Source: Chara braunii (taxonomy: Eukaryota > Plantae > Charophyceae). From it: 64,000 nt of DNA. Positions within the stretch are counted from its first letter, which is position 1, and every line of letters starts with the position of its first letter. The position numbers were made by a program, and so were the translations under genes. The notes under the pieces were generated by a model. The model ran no database searches. It worked only from the letters and a program-made list of their open reading frames with translations, and had not been told where the DNA came from. Positions 1 to 12,296 of the stretch are shown here, piece by piece. The stretch lies in the NCBI GenBank assembly GCA_003427395.1, contig BFEA01000039.1, positions 4,524,847 to 4,588,846 on the forward strand, given 5' to 3'.

Positions 1-532
1 CCGCCNCCGCGTTTCGATTCGAAGGGAGCTCACAGGCAGTGGTACTGGCGGAGGTAATAGCAGTTCATCGGCGAGCGGATCCCGGAACGAGCCACGTCAC
101 CACGGTTGCGGCTTTCAGCGGCGACATCAGTTCGCTCAATCCACGGTGGCATACCGCGATCTTGACCTCGCTGCGAGAGTGGACGGAGCAAGTGTCCAAC
201 GTGTGGCAGCACGGTCTTGCCCGGCTAGGGCACAACCTCATCCCGACCTTTGCACCGGATCTTGGCGAGATTCGTTGTTCTCCGCGCGAGCCGCCTGTTG
301 CAATCCCCACCCTCATCCCTTTCCCACGTCCCCAATGAACCACGCCGATCCCCTCGCTCCTCTCTCCATCTTCGGTCTCCCCTCTCTTTTCCCCACCTTC
401 TGGCAGTCCGATCTTCATCCTTCTCTTTCCTTCTCGTTCGAGCCTCTTTCTGTCCCGCTTATTAATCGTGGGCATATGCGACTGTGGCGCGGAACTTTTG
501 ACGAGCTGTCCTTCTGCTTGGCCTGAGTACAG

Positions 533-1354
533 GTGATGTGGACGCAGACCAGCGAGCATCCTGCGTGGATCGAAAATTTGGAACTGCTGATCATACAAGC
601 TTGGAAGACTAACATCGAGGGCGATCTTCTCGGCTTTCTCTTTGGATCGGTACGGTCGGGCCGCCGCCAGTTGATTGCGCAAGAGCTCATCGCGCCGATC
701 GTGCAATTGGCGGACGATCTCTCGCCCGACATCTTTTCGCAAAGTGACAACAGCCCCGCTCCGTACGTTCTCAAGCGGTCATTGGATCCGTACCTACAGT
801 GGACTGCGTGCTTGGAGGAGCCCAGGAACGAAGATACGCTACCATCACGGCAGGAGTATCTGAAGCCTTACGACATCATCCCTTACGCCTTCTATCCGAA
901 GGCGGAGGAAGTGGTGATCGACGACGATGAGGTTGAAACGTCGGAGGAAGGAAGCTATAGCGAGTATAGCGAGGGCGAGCTGAGTGAAGAAGAAGAAGAA
1001 GAGGAGGAAGAAGAAACCGGATCTGAGTGGGAAGCCTTGCCGGAGGAAGCGGCGCGTACTGGCACGAAGGCGGAAGATCCTGAGGCCGCACGCAAGTGTG
1101 AAGAAATTGCCACCGGGAAGCGCCAGCTGGAGTTAGCCAGCGGAGCAGGCCTACGCATCGGTGACGATCCGACCAGGAATCTGGAGCCGTCGAAGCCCGA
1201 AGATGGCGACCCCGCAGCCGCCACCCCAAGCACCTCACGACGGAGACGGAGCAGATCCCCCTCCTCCTCAAGCCCCACCCATCCCCCAGTTCGCCCACGT
1301 GCCGATGCGGGCGATAGGCCTTCGTCCTCGGACGTTATCCCACCGTCCCCTTGA
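533..1354 (+). CDS. Low-complexity acidic ORF, probably an accessory ORF of a retrotransposon-like repeat (region ~1-5160)
   Basis: 273-codon ORF with poly-Glu and an R/S/P-rich tail and no recognisable host domain. It lies in GC-rich repeat-like sequence with a purine tract (AAGAGGGGGAG, ~4976-4986) further downstream. TE origin is inferred. Confidence 0.3.
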   Translation: MMWTQTSEHPAWIENLELLIIQAWKTNIEGDLLGFLFGSVRSGRRQLIAQELIAPIVQLADDLSPDIFSQSDNSPAPYVLKRSLDPYLQWTACLEEPRNEDTLPSRQEYLKPYDIIPYAFYPKAEEVVIDDDEVETSEEGSYSEYSEGELSEEEEEEEEEETGSEWEALPEEAARTGTKAEDPEAARKCEEIATGKRQLELASGAGLRIGDDPTRNLEPSKPEDGDPAAATPSTSRRRRSRSPSSSSPTHPPVRPRADAGDRPSSSDVIPPSP

Positions 1355-3730
1355 TTTTCTCACCCTCGAACAGATACGCACCCCCGTCACCTTCCCCCTC
1401 CATCCCTTCCTTCCCCATCTCTTTTGCGACTTCTACCCTACTCGCTACCGTTTACCCCCACCCATCACTTCAGCCCGCTCCCCCCACGTTCTGCTGGCAT
1501 ATCCTGTTGTTCAGCGCTGCATGGGAGTGATGCAACGTGGTAGAAGTCTACTGCGTAGCCACGGGGACAATCCCCGCCTGTCGCCACTACGAGTTCTTTC
1601 GAGCGGCGCTCCTCCGCACCCTCTCCTCCTTCTATCGCGATTACCTCGCTTCTCTCCCTCGTAGAGGCGATCGCTTTCCTCGCTTCCACCGGATCATCCG
1701 ATATGAGGAGCTTCCGGTGACGGTAGAAGGGATGAATGGCTACCTACCCCCACTTCCTCCCCGTCGTCCCCGTGAGTTCCCCTCCATGTACCGCGTCTAC
1801 TTCCCCATCCCCACGAGACGCTAATCCCAACCCCACTCTCTCCCTCCAACCATTCGACAAGAGAAGACGGCACGAATCAGAAGTTTCGCGAAGATCACGT
1901 CAAGGACGATGACGTCCACCTACGCTCTGATTCGACGAGCCGCGACGAGCTGGGGCGCAGGGCCCACGGAGACCAGGTGGACCATGATGGCGTCACATGG
2001 ACGATCTCTACAGCGTGGAGAATAGGGGTTTCCATATGACAGGGCTGCGGAGATCTTGCCACGGATGTTGTCGCCATCTCATCCGCGGCTCAGTTATCGT
2101 TCCTTGTGCTTCTTCCTGATGCTCCGTCTTCTTCTACCCCTTGTTCGAACTTCCGTACAGTCAAGAAGTTGCAATTGAAGTTGGCGTCAACATGAACTCT
2201 GGCTTGATCATCTGCTGATACACTTGGTTCCTCATGCATCCCTCTTCCTTCATCTCTCCTTCTCCGCCATAACATGCAATCAGGAGATCGCATAATTTTG
2301 GAACCCCCTGAGCGTCACATATGTGACGAACTATTTCCCGAACCCGGACTATCTTTCGTACCCTTTTTGCTTGTATCATACCAACCCCATAAAACCCCAT
2401 TTCGTTTTCTTGATTTCGGGTGCCGCATTTTGGACCCCCATCTTTTCGGAAGCTTTCATGATTCTCGGGTTCTGCTTTTTCGTTGCAATTCGGGAAATAC
2501 ATAGGAATTTACGTGCGNCTTAGCGAGCGCACTGGGAATTGGGCCCGGCAGTTGGGAATTCCGGGATAAGCGGAACTTCGACGTGTCCTTTTTGTGTGTG
2601 AATGTTCTGGGTCGCGTTGGGGAAAACTCTCGGAATTTTGCGAGGATACGAATAGGCGTAGGACTTTCTTTTCCCGCGTCGACCCTTTTGCGCGCGGATA
2701 TGGNNNNNNNNNNNNNNNNNNNNNNNNNNNNNNNNNNNNNNNNNNNNNNNNNNNNNNNNNNNNNNNNNNNNNNNNNNNNNNNNNNNNNNNNNNNNNNNNN
2801 NNNNNNNNNNNNNNNNNNNNNNNNNNNNNNNNNNNNNNNNNNNNNNNNNNNNNNNNNNNNNNNNNNNNNNNNNNNNNNNNNNNNNNNNNNNNNNNNNNNN
2901 NNNNNNNNNNNNNNNNNNNNNNNNNNNNNNNNNNNNNNTCCCCTCTTGCAACTGTTTTCCCTCTCCCTCTCCCGCTCTGATCAATTGCGCGCCCATTTCC
3001 CTTTCTTGATCATCTGAATCTTGGACCCGTCTCGCGCTGCTTTTCGCGCCTCGTTTCTTCCCGCTCATCGACATTGGCTCACGAAGCCCGGCTAATCCTC
3101 CGATCACCCCGGCTCACCAATCAGACGTGTTGAGTAGGAGGAACTTCCTGCTACGCGACGAATCTGATTGGTCGACCATTGGGCTTGGAAGGATCAACAT
3201 GGCTTCAGTAGTGCGCTCCTCGCCAAATCTTCTCTTCCTGCTTCTTTTCTTACACCTCGATTTTCCCCTTGCCTTCTCTCTCCCCCGTCCCCCTTCTCGC
3301 CACTATAAATTCTGCAAACGCGCCCGCAAATCTCTCTTACGTTCTCGACTCCCAAGCCAGCTTCTGGGAAGCAGTGGATAGGTAGAGTGTTTGTGCGAAT
3401 CGGAAAGTCCTGACGGGCNGACGATAGGCTGGCCGGTTGCGCGCTTGATCCCTACGACGAACTGTGGGATCCGGGCGAACCGCGTCGAGTTTACGTCGGC
3501 GGGGTGACGATCGCAGTGGTGGGAGTTAGCACGCAACGGCAGGGATTGTCGGTGCGGGTATGAGGATCGATGATTGGAGTTGAGTGGGTGATTGGCCCGG
3601 GGCGATATTAGAATTCACGGCGAATGCGCCTTTATTGATTGCGGATCTTTATCTCTGGCGTGAGTGTACGGCGGCAACGCCGAACTTCCTCTTTTCGGAT
3701 CTTGTCATCTCCTATCTCGACATTCTTCCC

Positions 3731-3804
<74 letters not shown>

Positions 3805-5258
3805 TCTTTGAATGACGATGTGTCTTGATGCTTGTCCCTCTCAGGAATGAGAATGAATTTGTGTGCTCTCTCGTGTGAAGGAACTTCTTTCGGAACTCTT
3901 CCATTAGTTTCCTGGATAATCCTCTGATGTCGAGGAATTGATCATCTTGTCTTGTGAATGGTGGATGCGTGTGTACAATTCCCTTGGTTGATTTCCGACA
4001 TGTGTATCCCTGTCATTTTCGCACCTTCCACAGTGAATGTATGTATGGAGATGCTTGCCTTTTCGTGTTGATTAGATGTAACACTCGACGGGATTTTATC
4101 CGAGAATGCAAGAGTGTTGAGATCTGTAGTTCTGAATGCACTGCGCATGCCATCTGCCTTATGCTGCACGACATCTGCAACCGATCTTTAGGGCGGCCTC
4201 GAGAAACAGGGCGCCTGGGATCAACGCTGCGGTAGCTTACTAAACCTGAGTCGTGGGTCGGTCCCTCAGTTACATGCATGATCAGTTGATGAGTGTTTTC
4301 TCTCTCTCGTGTCAGAAAGAATTGATTGGTGGTTGTGCGAGTATTTTTCCTTGATGACGTCTCGGGATCTTCGCAATTGATTGACATGTGGACTGACCAA
4401 CACCCTTCGATCGGCGTCAGCCTCCCGTATCTCCCGCGTCAACGCGACCTTTTCCTTACAACGAGGAAAGGACACGTGTATGCGAGTGGGACGTACGAGA
4501 AGCTGTCGCACGGATTGGCGGACGTTATTACTTCCCTCAGGGAAATCGTTGTTGAGGGTTCGTAGAGGCTTGGTTTGTCATTACCGATACACACTTTCCA
4601 CCTTACTCGATACTGTTGCCATTTAACGAGTTGATCGTCATCCCGTGGATGGCAGTAGAACCCCACTGGCCTCGCACTCTATGCACCGAGTGCCAGCGCT
4701 TTGAGCGCTACGAATCCAAGGGTTTTCGCTACCGCGTACGAAGTGAAGACGAACAAAGAGAAAGAGCCACGTAACTGAGACCCTCCACGTCGGACTCAGA
4801 ACTAACCGGTGAACGACGTCGGGACTTAATACGAAGACGAGACACGCGAAGCGTGCCGAAACCGTTTTGCTCTAAACGAAGGGTCGTAGCACGGTGGGAA
4901 GTCCTTATTTCTTCCGTCCCCCAAGTAATTGTCTTTTGCCTGTTGCTTGGTTTGGATAGACATCTCCAGAGTTGTAAGAGGGGGAGTTATTTGTTATAGG
5001 CTCAATGGAGATAACTGGTAATGTGCTTGGTTGTCAAGATTATTTGCCGCCCATTAAGGGTGAAGAGGCACTACGCTAGATTTGTAGGCTCATATTTTGT
5101 TCTCAGCAGGTTCCTTTAGGTTACTTCCGGGTAAACTTTGAGGACCCCGGCCTCAATCATTATATTGGTAATATCAGCCTTGGGCACTGGGCCCGTTTTA
5201 AAAAAAAAAAAAAAAAAAGTGTTGGGCGTGGTTTACATCACACTGCTCTACCTTTTTA

Positions 5259-6050
5259 GGGCACTCTCACACTACCAGGTATTTTCGCAAAATCGCAAAT
5301 TTTATGTAGTTTTGGGGTCACAAGAGGCACGTATTTTGCGTGTTCACACAAAAGGGCACGTTAATGTCAGCGGTTTGGACAGCGGCGGACTTACATACAG
5401 AGGTCCCCGCAAAATAGTATTTCTTTTTCCTCTGCTGCTTTCAAGAAGCAAAAAAAAAAAAAAAGTGCATCGTGCTGTCTGAGTCAGTCTAACTGCCGAC
5501 AACGTATTTTTGCAACTCACGCCAGGTCGCGATCCTGTCTTTTCTGCTTTGGGCAACAAACGGGTGACCAGTGTGACCCGCAGGTGCCATATAAACACAC
5601 AAATTCACATACGTAAAATTTGCGGAAGTACGTGCTAGTGTGAGGGCATACTCACACGGGGACCAAAAGTCTCAAAAATTTGAGGCATTTGGTTCCGCTT
5701 TTTTTAGGCATTTGGTCCCCGTGTGGTCACACGGGCAGACCTCGTCCAGAAAGGACGAAGTCGTGCCCCTGACGTTTTGTATTCAGGGCTAGTGCGCCCG
5801 CTCACACAGGGGAGGACCAAACCAAAAGATGGATTTTTTTTTTTTTTTAAATCACGAACGAAAGGTTATTTGAGACCACCTCCGGAGGTGGTCTAAAAAA
5901 GGGTACGCCTGCAGCCCCGCAGGCCGCTGGCAGAAGGGTCACCGTTTGAGGCATTTGGGTAGCGAGCCTCTCCAGTGTGAACCAAAAATGACTCAAATTT
6001 TGGGATTTTGGGTCTTTTGGTCCTCGTGTGAGTATGCCCTGAGTATGCCC
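5259..6050. mobile_element. PIF/Harbinger-like MITE (outer element, right TIR interrupted by a sibling)
   Basis: Left TIR is GGGCACTCTCACACTACC. The right TIR is rebuilt as GCTAGTGTGAGTATGCCC once 5644-6039 and one TGA are removed. Flanks are TTA/TCA. Confidence 0.65.
5644..6039. mobile_element. PIF/Harbinger-like MITE (inner, nested)
   Basis: TIRs GGGCATACTCACACG / CGTGTGAGTATGCCC with a 3-bp TGA duplication (5641-5643 and 6040-6042). Confidence 0.75.
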
Positions 6051-6053
6051 TCA

Positions 6054-6365
6054 AATGGGACAAGGTCGCGACCGTCTGGAGAAATGGGGATTTGGTACTT
6101 GGCTGGTCACAGGGGGTCATCCAGAAGTTGTGCAAGAACTTCTGTGAACGAATTTTTGCCAATTTTTGAACAAAATGCAAAAACAAAAAGGGCATTTGCG
6201 GTTGCCTCCAGAGGTGACCGCAAAATCCCTTGCCCTGCGGCTTCCTAGGCCGCTGACAAATTGGCACTGGAATAGTACATTTGCGAATTTGGTAGATCCG
6301 TGTGACCGGCCATTTCCCCTTTTTTTTGGGATTTTTGGATTATGGGTCCCCGTGTGAGTATGCCC
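6054..6365. mobile_element. Partial third copy of the same Harbinger-like MITE family (right end only)
   Basis: Ends in CCCCGTGTGAGTATGCCC followed by TGA. Internal similarity to ~19530-19663. Confidence 0.5.
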
Positions 6366-6705
6366 TGAGTTGGCGTGAAGCGTCAATTCTATGGGTGTTT
6401 TTAAAGCTTCGCACCTTGCTATTTTTTTTTGCAGAAATTGAGAATATTGAGATTTCCATGGAACATTGTGAACGGACTGGGGGGAAGGTCGCATGGGAAG
6501 GTCGCATGCAGAATGAACCGGGTTGGTGGAAGTGTGGATGCACAACCTGTACTGTCCGAGTCATGATGTCGATGTCAGGCCCCGTGATTTTTCATTTTTT
6601 TGTTCTTTTCTTTGCATTTGTGTAAATGAAAAATAACATTGTTTATGCGTTTTTAAATGAGAAAAGAATGCCACACACCATTTTAAACGATGTTAGTCGG
6701 TCCCG

Positions 6706-6729
6706 GGCCCTGCTCAAGGATGACACGCA
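6706..6729 (+). pseudogene. Short U6 snRNA fragment
   Basis: GGCCCTGCTCAAGGATGACACGCA closely matches U6 GGCCCCTGCGCAAGGATGACACGCA. The flanks are not U6. Confidence 0.45.
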
Positions 6730-7055
6730 AGGATATAACAAGATTCGACATTTCATTTCAAACAGATACGAGGTCGGGACCTCACAAATAATCTGGGATA
6801 GCACGAGTACTGAAAGCATCATCCAACTTGGCTTACAGGGATAGGAATAACCCTGGGTCTTGGCCAACCCAGAACGCAGCTCTGGGCTGCAGAATCTAAG
6901 GGCCTCGCCACACCACCCTCGAAATGTGAAAAAGACAAAATTGTCTTGGGTGTTCTGACAGGAAATTCATTCTCATTTTGCACATTTGGACAGTGATGTG
7001 GCGGATGTTAGTTGGACATCGGGTCCAGCACCCCTAAACAGTGGTGTGAAACTAT

Positions 7056-7153
7056 GGGCTTCGTTGCACTACTCTCGAAATATGCAAAACGGGTGCAAAA
7101 TGGTCCGCCATAGTTTTGTCTTTTTCAACTTGGAGAGTAGTCCGGTGAAGCCC
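7056..7153. mobile_element. Short MITE of the GGGCCTCGCT(G/C)CACTACTC family
   Basis: Imperfect TIRs GGGCTTCGTTGCACTACTCTC / GAGAGTAGTCCGGTGAAGCCC. Relatives at 19792, 26204, ~26502 and ~42886. Confidence 0.5.
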
Positions 7154-7748
7154 ATCATATCATTTCATGTAGAGTGCTAATTTTAGCGTTATTCCAAAGC
7201 GGTAAGCCCTAAGCGTCGCTTCGGCAGCGCTTACCACCTAAACCGTGATTAGGGATGGAAAGGTTCACCATCAACCGTTTGTCCATAGTCGTACTTCCCA
7301 CGACGCTTACTTCTTTCTACAAAGAACAACTGGATTCCTCATCAGATCACTGATGAAGGCCTACCCTGTGCCGCTTTCCCCCCTCTAGTGAGGCGGGCTT
7401 AGGCATGGCTTCGACCGAGGGAATCGAGATGACAAAGGGGGCTCTCTCCCCCCTGATGGCACCAACTGGTTGCGAGGGAGTAAGCTGTGGAGATACTTGG
7501 TGGCTGCTGTTGGCCAAATTCTTCTTGTACGGTTCGGCCTTGCTAAGGTAACCTCGCTCCTTCAACCTCAATATCAATTATTGTATCCCTGATTACAGAG
7601 GCTTAGTATCTATTTGATTTGGCTTGAGTAGGTTTTCCTTTTAACGTCAATTTCTTCATCTTTTTTTCTGTTTTCTACTCAATGCGTGTTAGTCTTTAGA
7701 ATTTGCTGCCTGATTGGATTTTGTTCTTGGTCAACTGAGTGGGTTGCT

Positions 7749-10700
7749 ATGGCGGAGGCGTTAACATCCCGCCCCTCCCTGGTGCTCTGCCCAGAGGAGA
7801 AGAAAAGGATTCAAGGAATCCTAGCAAGTTGCTACAACAAAGGTCTTCTCCCTGAGAAACTCAACCCTGATTATGTGGAGGTCGGTGAGGACTACCTGCG
7901 TGTAGTCGTCAACCTCGATCTCTATACAATCCAGGAAGAATGGCTTAGTGGCAACGCGGTCTCCGTGATCTTTGAGAATGAATCTAAGTCCTTACCGGTG
8001 TCAGTTAAAATTCGTTTGATTCGAATGTATGAGAATGGATGGGCCAAGAGTGGGGCAATTAGTGCCCCACCAAAGAGAAGTGTTTTCCATAACGAAGGCT
8101 TTAACTTAGTAACCTACGTGGCCTCGGCAACGGAAATTGCTACGTGGTTGTTAAGGAAGAAAGAAAATAAAATTACTCTTGATGGGAAAACATACCATGT
8201 GTCCTTTAGGTCATGGATGACTGAACAAGAATTGTTCGAGTGGAGAGAGGCCGCACGTTACAATTTTTTTTAGATCTACTGTATGTATGTGTCAATCGTT
8301 GCTCTTCCTTACATGGCCACATCAGTCAAACAGGCCTTTGGTAACATCCTCAACAAGTTTGACACCTTTGTTGACCCGGTCTCCCCCGAATTGATAAACG
8401 TGATATTTGATTTGGAGCCGATATCCTGCTTACGCTATAAACCCTATTTGATTATTGACATGAAAAGGGGCAGTTATGTGGAGGTAGAAGTGGTGCATGC
8501 TCAGACACCCTGGTGCTTTTGATGTCAACAATATTTTCGCTCAGAAGATGACGACACCTGCCTCGCCAAGAAAAAACACACAGGCCATGGCAAGAGAAAA
8601 CGGTCGGAGAATGACGGCTCAAATTCTGTCGCTCGAACAGACCCCGATAACGGGTCGACAGGAGGGGCTGGGGATGGATCTGGGAGGGTTGGAAAGGAGG
8701 GTCGTAGGAAGGAGGTGGACAAAGATATAGGGAATGATGGGTTTAAGGGGGACGACAAAATGAAACCAAAGGAGAAGGGCCCCTTGCTTCCCCCTCCCCC
8801 AGCCCCCGCCCCCGCTCTGGCCCCCCCTGTGGACCTTGTGGACCCCGAAGACGATCTCAGAGAGAAAACAGTCCCAACGGGAAATGAGGAGGGCGGTAGG
8901 GAGAAACTGGGTGAGAAGGAGAACCTGATGGAGATTGAAGTTCCATCAGGGAGGGATGATAAGGGGACGGATCAACAGATTGATGGAGCCGTTAAGAGAG
9001 TCCGGACTGAGAAGTCCTGGCAAGATCCGCCTCCCCAAAAGGGAGCCTACATGCCCAGACTCAGGTACCGAAGGTTGTTAAGATGAAAAATAAAACGTCT
9101 AACAAAAACAGTCTAATAAGTCGGGACGCAAAGCAACCCTGAAGTGGAAAGCAAACAGAACCCAGAAAGAGGCAGTTGTTAAACCAACCATCTTGGAGGA
9201 TGCGGCCCCTGCACCAATTAATGGACAGGTTGAAGACCTTCAGGCCAAGTGGTTACCCAATCCAGGTAAGCAGGATGACAACAAAGAAGAAAAGGGAGGG
9301 ATGGTGGAGAGGGAGAATAGCGAGATGCTGAATGGGGAGCTAAACGTGAAAGCTGCCCAAGATGAAATGAGGGAGAAAACTTCTTCCAAGAATTCTCCAA
9401 GGCCTGCCCCCCCAGATGAAGGGAAAGGGTTGGGTAGAAAAGGTTGTAAAACTCCACGCACCCCTCGCCCCTCGCAGGAACTGACCTCAACACCAGGTCC
9501 AGCACCTCAACTCACCGAGTCAACAGGAGTGGCAGTCGTAACGCTGGTTATCCTGTCGTCAAGGGATCAGAAACATTGCTCTATGTACAGGAACAAAGTT
9601 TTTAACATCAGCCCCTCAGAGGATGAGTTTGAGGTACCGGTCATCGAGTTGAGGAAAATTAAACTAAATGAAAGTACAGCCCTTGAGCCGACTGAAGGAA
9701 GAGAGCACTCCCCTTCCCTAGATGAGGAAGAGAAAAGGAAAGTGTCAGAAGCGGGTGAGGAGGAAGATGGGGTAAACTCAAATTTATTCTCTCCTGCAGA
9801 AGGCTTGTCAGAGTTCTCCGTGGAAGTGTTGGGGGAGAAAGGGTTGTAAAAATCAAATGACGAGGAAGTTTTTGGTGGCCCTCCCCTCTCAAGCTTATTT
9901 AATACGTCGTTCCCCACCTCTCCGGTGGGGTCCCCTACCCAGGGTGACGATTTTGTTCTCTCCTCTATCAAACGACCCAGGATTGAGGGCTTGATGATCC
10001 AGGCCCGGTTGGAAGATGAAGAGACAGCAGAGCCAGGGGAAGGGATAGTTAGAAGCTCCCCCCTCAAAAGGGACAAATTGCGAAATCGGCTAAACGGTCT
10101 CTGGCATTGGCTGCCCCAATGCGCACCTTGACGAGAAAGGAAGTAGTCAAAGCTAAGGGTCGGATTTCTTACTACCTCGTTCCCGTAATCTGCTCACATG
10201 AAGGGCAAGCTGCTCGTTTTCAGACAATGAAAGGGAAGTGGGCCTGCTCGTTCTTGTACTGTTGAGAGGTTCCCCCTCCTCGGTTATGGCCTGCAACTTG
10301 ATCAAAATTCATATTTTGCAGAACCTAGGAGAAGTGGGCCTGCTCCCGGAGCCAAAGATGACAAGACACCTGATAGACGTACCTGAAGGAGGGAAAACAC
10401 GCCTGCTGTTTGCCTTTTTTGACCTATTGCATACCACTAACAATAAGGGCAAATGGGATGATTTAAAGTTATATTGGATTAAGATAGTCGTCCACTTGGC
10501 CTCCCCCACCTCGAATACTCTGCAAAATATCCGCCTGTTATCAAACCTATCAGCCAAAATAGTGGCAGACTGGTTGGTTCTGTCGGACAACCTGTCAACG
10601 ATAGTGACGACAAGTTTTGCAGATAACCTAAAAAAAAGGAGTATTGGCAAGAACTACAACTTTGTCATTGGTCAGATCGCCAACCCGAAGGGTCTTCCCA

Positions 10701-12296
10701 CTACTGTGATTACAGCATCAGAGCCCCACATCCAACCCCCAGCTGTCCAGCCCCCAAGGATGGTCCTTCCTAATAGGATCAGATTGGCGAGCTGGAACGT
10801 TCGAGGACTTGGAGATTAAAACTCAACATTTAAAAGGGGGAGACTCTCCCAGTGGATACATGCTAATAATGTACAAATTGTTTATCTGCAAGAGACCAAA
10901 ATAGGGCCACAAAAAAATGGTAGATATCCAAAACTGGTGGGCAGGCCCCCAGATTTGGTCCCCAACCGATGGGACCAAGGGGGGAGTGGCTATCTTGTTG
11001 GATAAAAATCTGGAAGTGGAGGTGATTGACAACTGTATAGACTCGGAAGGCCGTTGGGCTTGGGTTAAACTGCCAGTTGATGACGAGGATTGGGTTGTCA
11101 TGTCTGTCTACGCCCCAATTACTAACTATGCAGAGAGAATATGTTTTTTTGTTAATCTTCCTAAGTGTATTTCGGACACAAAGAACCTCTTGATGCTAGG
11201 GGATTGGAATTGTGTGTTGAACCCGGGATTAAACTCTCCCTCCCTCGCTCCTATTAGAAACAACGATGTTCTACTACTTTCCTTCATGGAGGCCCATGGC
11301 TTGCTGAACGTCTATAGAACAATGAACCCGGATGCGTACGGTTTCACGTGGAGAGGACCGAGACCTTATGTGAGAGCTCCTCGGTCCAGGAGGAGTCTGG
11401 ATCTGATTTTAGCCAGAGGAACACCATGGGAACGTACCATGTGGTCAGAAGTTTTGTTTTCCTCCATATCTGACCACTACCATGTAGCCATGGACGTCAT
11501 TTCAAAGGAGGTAGTGGACAAATGTCGCCCGCCTTTTCGATTGAATGTCCAAATCCTCAAAGACCCTGGTATCCCGCAATGGGTCAAACACCAAATGGAG
11601 GACTAGGATAAAGCAAAAAAATTATTTGAGACCTTTGAAGATTGGGTAGATGCAGGGATTGGGATTCTTCAAGCTACTATGATCAAATTCTCAAGGATTT
11701 AGATGGCAACCAGAAATTGGAAGGAAAAACAATTGACAAGGGTCATCGAGGAGGCCGATGCTTGCTCTAACTCAAACCCCTTCTTGGAGTACTTCTGGTC
11801 CAAAAAGAGAGATAAGACGATAACATAATTAGAAAAGTTGGAAATAAGCAAACAAAGGGATTGGCAGGAATGACTGAAAGTCAGAGGGATATTCGGATTT
11901 GACAAGATGACAAAGGACACTTTTAGATCATTTATCCTAAGGAAGGCCAAACCTGTCATGAGGGAGCTTTCGCACCCTTTTGCGATAGCTGCTCCCCTAG
12001 CTACCGACATGGAGAAACTGTGTTCCTATGCCATGACATATTTTCGGGACGTAGCGTCCACACGTCGCCCCTATGATGATTTTGACTCCAATCTAGCGGA
12101 GTACACCACTTTCTGGAACTATTTAACCTCCGAGCTGTCGGATGGAATTAACAGAGCACTGGATAACCCAATCACATTAGAAGAAGTAACTTGGGCGGTT
12201 AGACAGATGGCCAAGGGCAAATACCCTGGGCCGGATGGCCTCCCTATTGAGTTCTTCCTATCTGCCTGGGAAACATTTGTTGTTTTTTTTTGTTGA
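7749..12296 (+). mobile_element. Degenerate, 3'-truncated L1-clade LINE (ORF1 + ORF2 endonuclease + start of RT)
   Basis: ORF1-like frames from 7749 include a broken zinc knuckle (C-F-*-C-QQYF-R...C near 8510-8560) followed by a long low-complexity stretch. ORF2 motifs are listed in the next feature. Multiple stops and frameshifts. Confidence 0.8.
10760..12296 (+). pseudogene. LINE ORF2 remnant: APE-like endonuclease and pre-RT region
   Basis: SWNVRGL, LQETK, VYAP, GDWN, GFTW and SDH endonuclease motifs, then LDNPITLEEV...MAKGKYPGPDGLPIEFF preceding the RT domain. Interrupted by stops; the RT core is absent. Confidence 0.85.
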
